Source: an uncultured Eubacteriales bacterium (GTDB lineage: Bacteria > Bacillota > Clostridia > Lachnospirales > Lachnospiraceae). Taken from it: 64,000 nt of DNA. A model generated the notes under the pieces. The model worked only from the letters and a program-made list of their open reading frames with translations. It ran no database searches and was not told where the DNA came from. The translations under genes were made by a program, and so were the position numbers. The DNA lies in assembly GCA_900314555.1 (NCBI GenBank), contig OMVQ01000113.1, positions 4,396-68,395 of the forward strand, given 5' to 3'. This document shows, in pieces, positions 57,389 to 64,000 of this stretch (position 1 is its first letter; the number at the start of each line of letters is the position of its first letter).

Positions 57389-58630
57389 TTAATATTCCAT
57401 ACCTGCAAGTCGTCCTGTAGACCATGCTATCTGTAGGTTATAACCACCTGTCAGTGCATCAACATCTAACATTTCGCCTGCTAAATATAAATTACTGATA
57501 ATTTTCGATTCCATTGTTCCCGGATCTACTTCCTTAACCTTAACACCACCCTGGGTAATTATCGCTTCATTAAAGCCTCTTAGTGATGTTACTGTAAGTT
57601 TTAATCCCTTAAATGCTTCAACCATTCGGTTTCTCTCTTCTTTAGAAATACTATTTACTTTTTTATGAGGTTCTATCTCACAATAATCTAGCATAACAGG
57701 AATTAACTTTTTAGGCAACAGATTATCCATAACATTTACAATATCTTTATTAATTCCATTCGTAAATTCTCTAAGTATTCTGTCATCTAACTGTTCTTTA
57801 CTAAGTGCCGGTTTTAAATCTATCTTAGCAATCAGATTGCCCTCTTTAAGATATTTGCCGACAACACTGCTTCCACTTAATACTATCGGACCGCTGATAC
57901 CAAAATGTGTAAAAAGCATTTCGCCAAATTCCTCATACACAGGCTTTTTATCACCCTCCTTACGGAAAAATGCTATAGTAACATTCTTAAGTGATAAGCC
58001 CTGTAATTCCTTAGCGAACTCTTCCTTTACATTCATTGGCACAAGTGCAGGACTTAAATCAGTTATCGTATGCCCATATTTTCTAAGAATATCAAAGCCT
58101 TTTCCATCAGAACCGGTCACCGGATAAGACATACCACCTGTAGCCATTATAACTTTATCAGCGTATACTTTTCTGCCCTCTTCAAGAACAACTCCTTTTA
58201 CTGTATTATCCTCAACTATCAGGTCTTTTACAAATGTATTATACTCTATCTCTACATTTTCATTTCTAAGTGCTTTCTTTAATGTATTAATAACATCTGA
58301 GGACTTGTCTGATACAGGGAAAATTCTGTTGCCTCTTTCCACTTTCAGATGTAATCCGTTCTCCTCAAAAAATGCTTTAACATCTTCATTGCTAAACGAA
58401 TAAATCGCACTATACATAAACTTTCTGTTAGTAATTATATTATTAAGAATTGTCTCCACATCAGAATCATTTGTTATATTACATCTTCCTTTTCCGGTAA
58501 TGAATAACTTCTTTCCTGCTTTCTCATTTCTTTCAAATACAGTTACTTTATTTCCACACAAAGCAGACGAATATGCAGCCATCATTCCTGCCGCACCTGC
58601 TCCTATAACTATAACTTTTCTATCTGCCAT
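57389..58630 (-). CDS. BaiN/HI0933-family FAD-dependent oxidoreductase
   Basis: GAGAAGMMAA, ITGKGRCNITN, LFTHFGISGP, TQGGV, GGYNLQIAWSTG. Confidence 0.92.
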   Translation of the reverse strand: MADRKVIVIGAGAAGMMAAYSSALCGNKVTVFERNEKAGKKLFITGKGRCNITNDSDVETILNNIITNRKFMYSAIYSFSNEDVKAFFEENGLHLKVERGNRIFPVSDKSSDVINTLKKALRNENVEIEYNTFVKDLIVEDNTVKGVVLEEGRKVYADKVIMATGGMSYPVTGSDGKGFDILRKYGHTITDLSPALVPMNVKEEFAKELQGLSLKNVTIAFFRKEGDKKPVYEEFGEMLFTHFGISGPIVLSGSSVVGKYLKEGNLIAKIDLKPALSKEQLDDRILREFTNGINKDIVNVMDNLLPKKLIPVMLDYCEIEPHKKVNSISKEERNRMVEAFKGLKLTVTSLRGFNEAIITQGGVKVKEVDPGTMESKIISNLYLAGEMLDVDALTGGYNLQIAWSTGRLAGMEY

Positions 58631-58654
58631 TTAATCCACCATTTCCGTTTTAGT

Positions 58655-58750
58655 CTTGATTCCATATTATGTATGATACGGAACTACATTGATTTTTTTC
58701 ATACATTTCGAGTGAAAAAGCTTGATTCCATATTAAATATGATACGAAAC
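58655..58750. repeat. Repeat-spacer-repeat unit: two 30-bp direct repeats (27/30 identical) separated by 36 bp
   Basis: 58655-58684 CTTGATTCCATATTATGTATGATACGGAAC and 58721-58750 CTTGATTCCATATTAAATATGATACGAAAC. Confidence 0.8.
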
Positions 58751-58786
58751 CTCAAACCCGATATCAGGTTCTCTATATGATAAAAG

Positions 58787-59773
58787 CTATTTTTCAATAC
58801 TTCTAATTGCAACTTCATCATCAACCATATTTATCTCATCATTTGAATAAATCTGGTAATCATTCCAGATTCTCTCTAATGTATCTAGCTTCTCTGTCAC
58901 ATAATCTGCTTTCTTCATACATAGAGATACCACTAAAGCATTTATAACACTTAATGGTGCTACTAACGAATCAACCACCGTTGCCATATCACTTCTTGCT
59001 AAAAGATTACATGATGAATATAGATTAAGTGGCGAATTCTTGTCATCTGTAATCGATATAACTTTCGCATTTCTGTCATTGGCAAATTCCATAGCTTTAA
59101 GGGTTCTCATTGAATATCTCGGAAAACTTATTCCAATAAGCACATCATCTTTATTAATATTAATCATCTGCTCGAAAATCTCACTTGCATTATTCGTAGT
59201 TACAACTGTGACATCGTCAAAGATAAGATTGAGATAAAAGCCTAAAAATGTTGCAAGCGGCATACAGGTTCTTATACCCACAACGTAAATACGTTTAGCA
59301 TTCATTATGCTTTCTACTGCCTCTTCAAAATTAGACTTAGATATGGTATCTAATGTAAGCTTTATTTTCTCGGCATCTGACATCATAACTGTTTCTAACA
59401 CCTGTGCCTTAGTCATCTTAGAAGCTGATATCTCTATACGCTGCACAGAATGTAATTTATCTTTCACAACATCTTCTAATGCCTTATGGAATTCAGGGAA
59501 ACCATTATATCCTAAAAGTGTTGCAAATCTTACCGTTGTTGACTCACTTACGCCTACCATTTCTCCTAACTTAGCCGCTGTCATAAATACTGCTGTATCA
59601 TAATTAGAGGTAATGTATGCCGCAAGTTTTTTCTGTCCTTTACTCATTTTAGGATACATTTCGTTCATTCTCGATATTAAATCAACATTAACTTCTGTAT
59701 TATCCATCTGTGTGCTGTCCATTTCTATATTGTACGTCTCTGCATTATTAATTTCATTATTATTGTCTGCCAT
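58787..59773 (-). CDS. MurR/RpiR-family transcriptional regulator
   Basis: MSKGQKKLA...VSESTTVRFATLLGY HTH; SIS domain ISFPRYS. Confidence 0.93.
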   Translation of the reverse strand: MADNNNEINNAETYNIEMDSTQMDNTEVNVDLISRMNEMYPKMSKGQKKLAAYITSNYDTAVFMTAAKLGEMVGVSESTTVRFATLLGYNGFPEFHKALEDVVKDKLHSVQRIEISASKMTKAQVLETVMMSDAEKIKLTLDTISKSNFEEAVESIMNAKRIYVVGIRTCMPLATFLGFYLNLIFDDVTVVTTNNASEIFEQMININKDDVLIGISFPRYSMRTLKAMEFANDRNAKVISITDDKNSPLNLYSSCNLLARSDMATVVDSLVAPLSVINALVVSLCMKKADYVTEKLDTLERIWNDYQIYSNDEINMVDDEVAIRSIEK

Positions 59774-59945
59774 ATATGCACTCCAATTTTATCCAATATA
59801 TTATCTATATTCTAGTAGTCCATAAAGATTTCTAAGCGAAATTTAGTATTCCATAAAATCCAGCTAAAATCAAATGGTAACAGGATTATAAATTTACATT
59901 CCATATTTCCACATAATTCTATCACATAACGGCATAAAAAAACAA

Positions 59946-59975
59946 GTCATTATGAAGATTAGATTTCATAATGAC
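59946..59975 (-). terminator. Terminator of the decarboxylase cluster
   Basis: GTCATTATGAA / TTCATAATGAC with an upstream A-tract on +. Confidence 0.7.
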
Positions 59976-60038
59976 CTGTCAATTTCAATATTTAGATTTC
60001 TATTTGAATTAACTAATATTAACTAATTATATATCTAA

Positions 60039-61451
60039 TTATGCTGGATATACACCATCTTTAGTATCTGCTTTAGCTAAATCAACTTTAGTCTCCTGTG
60101 CTTCTCTGTATTTAAAGAAGTCTGTAGCAACCTGTGGGAATAATGCATATGATAATACATCTTCATCCTGCTCAACATACTGTTCTGCTTCTTTCTTAAA
60201 CTCTTCAAGCTGTGGCTTAATTAAGTCTGCAGGTCTGCATGTAATAGGTTTTGTATCACCAATACATTTCTTCTGAACCTCTTTATTAAATGGTTTAACT
60301 GTCTTACCAAATTCACCACTTAATATCTTCTTAGATTCTTTTGTTACCATCTTATATCTTTCACCCTGAAGTACGTTAAGAACTGCCTGTGTACCAACAA
60401 TCTGTGATGATGGTGTAACAAGTGGTGGTTCACCAAAGTCTTTTCTTACTCTTGGAATCTCTTCTAAAACATCATAGTATTTATCTTCAGCATGAGCATC
60501 TTTAAGCTGTGATACAAGGTTAGATAACATACCACCCGGTACCTGATACAATAATGTCTTGATATTAACACCCATAACCTTTGGATTAAGTAATCCTGTC
60601 TTAAGTGCATCTTCCTGGATTGGTCTGAAGTAATCAGCGATTTCAGCAAGAAGGTTCTGGTCAAGACCTGTATCGTATGGTGTTCCCTTAAATGTTTCAA
60701 CCATAACTTCTGTTGCAGGCTGGCTTGTTCCCATTGAGAATGGTGACATGGCTGTATCTATAACATCTGCTCCTGCTTCTACTGCTTTTAAATATGTCAT
60801 TGATGCTACACCTGAAGTATAGTGTGTATGCATCTGGATTGGAAGTGATGTACCATCCTTTAAAGCCTGAACTAATTCAGTTGCTTTATATGGTAAAAGT
60901 AATCCTGCCATATCCTTAATACATAATGAGTCAGCACCCATATCTTCAATTCTCTTAGCTGTCTCTTTCCAGTAATCAAGTGTGTATGCATCACCTAATG
61001 TATAAGCTAATGCAACCTGTGCATGACCTTTTTCTTTCTTAGCAGCGTTAACTGCTGTTTTTAAGTTATCAAGATCGTTAAAGCAGTCAAATATTCTGAT
61101 GATATCGATACCATTTGCGATTGATTTCTGTACGAAATATTCTACAACATCATCTGCATAATGATTATATCCTAAGATATTCTGACCTCTGAATAACATC
61201 TGTAATTTAGTATTTTTGAATCCATCTCTTAACTTTCTAAGTCTTTCCCATGGATCTTCTTTTAAGAATCTAAGTGATGCATCAAATGTAGCTCCACCCC
61301 AACATTCTACTGAGTGGTAACCAACTTTATCCATTTTATCTACTATAGGTAACATCTGCTCTGTTGTCATTCTTGTAGCAATTAATGACTGATGGGCATC
61401 ACGAAGAACTGTCTCTGTAATTTTAATTGGCTTTTTAACCTGTTCTGCCAT
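60039..61451 (-). CDS. oadA: Oxaloacetate decarboxylase alpha (carboxyltransferase; no biotin domain)
   Basis: LRDAHQSL, CWGGATFD, CIKDMAG, HTHYT, QVPGGM, PLVTPSSQIVG. Confidence 0.92.
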   Translation of the reverse strand: MAEQVKKPIKITETVLRDAHQSLIATRMTTEQMLPIVDKMDKVGYHSVECWGGATFDASLRFLKEDPWERLRKLRDGFKNTKLQMLFRGQNILGYNHYADDVVEYFVQKSIANGIDIIRIFDCFNDLDNLKTAVNAAKKEKGHAQVALAYTLGDAYTLDYWKETAKRIEDMGADSLCIKDMAGLLLPYKATELVQALKDGTSLPIQMHTHYTSGVASMTYLKAVEAGADVIDTAMSPFSMGTSQPATEVMVETFKGTPYDTGLDQNLLAEIADYFRPIQEDALKTGLLNPKVMGVNIKTLLYQVPGGMLSNLVSQLKDAHAEDKYYDVLEEIPRVRKDFGEPPLVTPSSQIVGTQAVLNVLQGERYKMVTKESKKILSGEFGKTVKPFNKEVQKKCIGDTKPITCRPADLIKPQLEEFKKEAEQYVEQDEDVLSYALFPQVATDFFKYREAQETKVDLAKADTKDGVYPA

Positions 61452-61518
61452 ATTATACCTCTTTTCTGTACTTCATCTGAAATACTATTTTATTATCTGC
61501 GTTTTACTCACAAAATTT

Positions 61519-62673
61519 CTATGCTCCAATTCCAAATATCGCCATAAATGTACCAGCGGCAACTGCTGTACCGATAACACCGGCAACGTTTGGTCCCATC
61601 GCATGCATAAGTAAGAAGTTCGTAGGATCTGATTCAGAACCGACTTTCTGTGATACTCTGGCTGCCATAGGAACTGCTGATACACCAGCCGAACCGATAA
61701 GAGGATTAATCTTACCTTTTGTAACCTTGCACATAACTTTACCGATAAGTACACCTGCTGCAGTACCGAAAGCAAATGCAACAAGACCAAGAACTACAAT
61801 CTTAATTGTGTTCATATTTAAGAAAGCTTCTGCACTTGTTGTAGCACCAACACTTGTACCAAGTAAGATAACTACGATATACATAAGTGCATTTGATGCT
61901 GTCTCTGTAAGCTGTTTAACAACACCACATTCTCTGAATAAGTTACCAAGCATAAGCATACCAACAAGTGGTGCTGTTGTAGGTAAAATAAGAACTACTA
62001 CTACAGTAATAACAATTGGGAATAAAATCTTTTCTAATTTAGAAACAGGTCTTAACTGTTCCATCTTAATCTTACGTTCTTTCTCAGTTGTAAGTAATTT
62101 CATAATTGGTGGCTGGATAATTGGAACTAATGACATATATGAATATGCCGCCACTGCTATAGGTCCCATTAAAGCAGTCTGACCTAATTTACCTGCAAGG
62201 AAGATTGATGTAGGACCATCTGCACCACCAATGATAGAGATAGCTGCTGCTGCCTTATCACTGAATCCCATAAATATTGCAAGGAAATAAGCTATATAAA
62301 TACCGAACTGTGCTGCTGCACCAAGTATGAAACATTTTGGATTTGCGATAAGAGGACCGAAGTCTGTCATCGCACCAACACCTAAGAAGATAAGTGATGG
62401 TAAAATACTCCATTCATCTAATAAGTAAAAATAATGTAATAAACCACCTACTCCATTATCTGAATCCTTAATTGCAAGCATAATGTCAGGATACATATTA
62501 ACCAAAAGCATACCAAATGCGATTGGAACAAGTAATAATGGTTCATATTCTTTAGCTATTGCAAGATATAAAAACACTAACGCCACTAAAATCATAACAT
62601 AGTTACCCCATGTCAGATTAAAGAAAGCTGTCTGATGCAATAGATTTCCAAGTGTGTCAACAACGTAACCCAT
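61519..62673 (-). CDS. oadB: Na+-translocating decarboxylase beta subunit
   Basis: [48 protein letters not shown]. Confidence 0.95.
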   Translation of the reverse strand: MGYVVDTLGNLLHQTAFFNLTWGNYVMILVALVFLYLAIAKEYEPLLLVPIAFGMLLVNMYPDIMLAIKDSDNGVGGLLHYFYLLDEWSILPSLIFLGVGAMTDFGPLIANPKCFILGAAAQFGIYIAYFLAIFMGFSDKAAAAISIIGGADGPTSIFLAGKLGQTALMGPIAVAAYSYMSLVPIIQPPIMKLLTTEKERKIKMEQLRPVSKLEKILFPIVITVVVVLILPTTAPLVGMLMLGNLFRECGVVKQLTETASNALMYIVVILLGTSVGATTSAEAFLNMNTIKIVVLGLVAFAFGTAAGVLIGKVMCKVTKGKINPLIGSAGVSAVPMAARVSQKVGSESDPTNFLLMHAMGPNVAGVIGTAVAAGTFMAIFGIGA

Positions 62674-62707
62674 TGTAAAGCCTCCTGTTCAATTTAATTT
62701 TAAAATT

Positions 62708-63079
62708 TTAGTTTAAAGATGCTAATACGCTACCTGCTTCAACACTTGCGCCTTCGTTTACATTTATGCTGGCAATTGTTCCATCAGAAGGTGCAACGAT
62801 TTCATTTTCCATCTTCATTGCTTCTAATATCATAATAACTTCGCCTTTTTTAACAGCCTGTCCTACACTAGCCTTAACTGAAAGAACTTTACCAGGCATT
62901 GGAGAATTAACTTTAACAGCTCCCTCTGAACCTGTTGCTGCAGGTGCTGCTGCCTTTGGTGCTGCTACTGCTTTAGGTGCTGCCTTTGGTGCTGCTGTCT
63001 GTGTAGCTGCTCCTGCTCCTAATTCTTCAACTTCTACATCATATACATTTCCATTTACTGTGATTCTATAATTTTTCAT
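62708..63079 (-). CDS. Biotin carboxyl carrier protein of the decarboxylase
   Basis: Ala/Pro-rich linker, EAMKMENE biotinylation motif. Confidence 0.95.
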   Translation of the reverse strand: MKNYRITVNGNVYDVEVEELGAGAATQTAAPKAAPKAVAAPKAAAPAATGSEGAVKVNSPMPGKVLSVKASVGQAVKKGEVIMILEAMKMENEIVAPSDGTIASINVNEGASVEAGSVLASLN

Positions 63080-63112
63080 TTTGAATGTCCTTTCTAATAA
63101 TATATTTTTGAT

Positions 63113-63901
63113 TTATTTCCAGTTTCTGTTCTGTACTCTCTTGATTGAACGAACAACAAATCCATCACCTGATGTCTGACTAGATGCAGCAATTGCAGCA
63201 GTTATAACGGCTACTAATTCTTCATCATTTGCTGTTTCAATTTCTTCCTTAGTTGTAATCTGTTCAACAGTATTATCAACCGCTGTATCTTTCTTGCCAT
63301 TCTTCTTGTCAGCAATTGCTTTTTCAGCTTTTCCGACATATTTGAATAAGCCAATTAATAAACTTAAGAATATTAATACAATGATTACTGTTCCCATACC
63401 CATTACTGTATTAAGAGCAGCTTTCTTCATAGTTTCGCCAATTGTATACTTTGGTTCATATGTCATAGATGTAATACTTAAATTCTTATCAATCATACCA
63501 AATGTATAAGTAATATTTACATCTCTTTTCTTAAACTGTGCTTTTAACTTTATAGTTACTGAATCAGTATCTTCTGTCAATGTGTATTTAGGATTTTCAT
63601 CTTTATCAAGATAGAATCCTACGAATTCACCAGCTTCTTTTCTGGCTGCTTTGAACTGTTCAAGACCTTTCTTTAAAGCTGCTTCAGATTCATTACTATC
63701 GTCATACTGATCCATTGCATCATCAATTGTCTTGTCTTCCCATTCAGCTACTGTTTCTGTATTAGTTGTTACTGCACTAACTAAATCACTTTCAGTATAA
63801 TCGAAAGAAGCTTTTTTATCTTTACTATTTCCACATGCTGTCAAAGCAAAAACACAAGTAAGAACACATACAAATACCAATAATTTTTTAATTTTTTTCA
63901 T
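63113..63901 (-). CDS. OadG-family gamma/delta subunit with N-terminal lipoprotein domain
   Basis: Lipobox LTACG; C-terminal GMGTVIIVLIFL TM helix and ELVAVITAAIAA OadG motif. Confidence 0.8.
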   Translation of the reverse strand: MKKIKKLLVFVCVLTCVFALTACGNSKDKKASFDYTESDLVSAVTTNTETVAEWEDKTIDDAMDQYDDSNESEAALKKGLEQFKAARKEAGEFVGFYLDKDENPKYTLTEDTDSVTIKLKAQFKKRDVNITYTFGMIDKNLSITSMTYEPKYTIGETMKKAALNTVMGMGTVIIVLIFLSLLIGLFKYVGKAEKAIADKKNGKKDTAVDNTVEQITTKEEIETANDEELVAVITAAIAASSQTSGDGFVVRSIKRVQNRNWK

Positions 63902-63916
63902 GTTCTTCACCTCTCA

Positions 63917-64000
63917 CTAGACCGTTCCATGTTTTTTGCCCGGACGATCCTCTCTCTTTGTGAACAGCATCTCAATTGCACCGATAAGATATTTTCTTGT
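63917..64000 (-). CDS. 3' end of an acyl-CoA carboxyltransferase (MmdA-like), partial
   Basis: Manual translation TRKYLIGAIEMLFTKREDRPGKKHGTV*, typical carboxyltransferase C-terminus. Confidence 0.7.
   Translation of the reverse strand, partial: TRKYLIGAIEMLFTKREDRPGKKHGTV

Noticed and set aside
59892-59906. ATTTACATTCCATAT resembling the end of a type I-B CRISPR repeat
   Set aside because: Single partial instance with no spacer or second repeat; recorded only as support for the operator explanation of 58655-58750
2689-62182. Numerous + strand ORFs antisense to housekeeping genes (e.g. 2689-3126, 15204-15701, 17634-18272, 23103-23564, 36644-37210, 61727-62182)
   Set aside because: Shadow ORFs fully overlapping well-supported minus-strand genes; Ser/Phe/Ile-rich composition mirrors the sense codons
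1-64000. tRNA, rRNA, SRP RNA, riboswitch, T-box, transposase, integrase or cas genes
   Set aside because: No cloverleaf, rRNA-like GC-rich segment, recognisable riboswitch core or DDE/HUH/tyrosine-recombinase/Cas ORF seen by eye; a covariance-model scan would be needed to exclude small RNAs

Overview
AT-rich Firmicute chromosome segment; gene content suggests Lachnospiraceae/Clostridia (inference). Almost all genes are on the minus strand. From left to right: (1) an iron/metal locus (DUF2325, flavodoxin, DUF3793, SCA-motif P1B ATPase, an intervening ABC pair, Fur-like regulator, feoB, two feoA, divergent DtxR/MntR-family regulator); (2) amidase, Na/Pi cotransporter and an orphan FHA plus REC/ParA-like pair; (3) the conserved rimP-nusA-infB-rbfA-truB-ribF and ylxM-ffh-rpsP-khpA-rimM-trmD blocks; (4) yceD-rpmF-plsX-acpP-rnc-smc-ftsY, followed by ilvA and a GGDEF gene; (5) pta-ackA, tmcAL, an asnB/MBL/ACT/DUF711 block, rsmD-coaD, baiN-cmk-ispH-rpsA-cheR, an RpiR regulator and a Na+-pumping decarboxylase cluster. 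I found no tRNA, rRNA, transposase or cas genes. The most striking content is non-coding. Family A is an interspersed rod-like palindrome of about 500 bp, with three full copies and one solo arm. Its arms co-vary within each copy while its unpaired internal loops are conserved between copies. Family B is a multi-hairpin cassette of about 140 bp at gene junctions, with two copies plus remnants. There is also a 30-36-30 bp repeat-spacer-repeat unit whose spacer copies the cmk start region, and a GTTAG-N6-CTAAC motif found three times in the iron locus. All alignments were done by eye; no database search was run.
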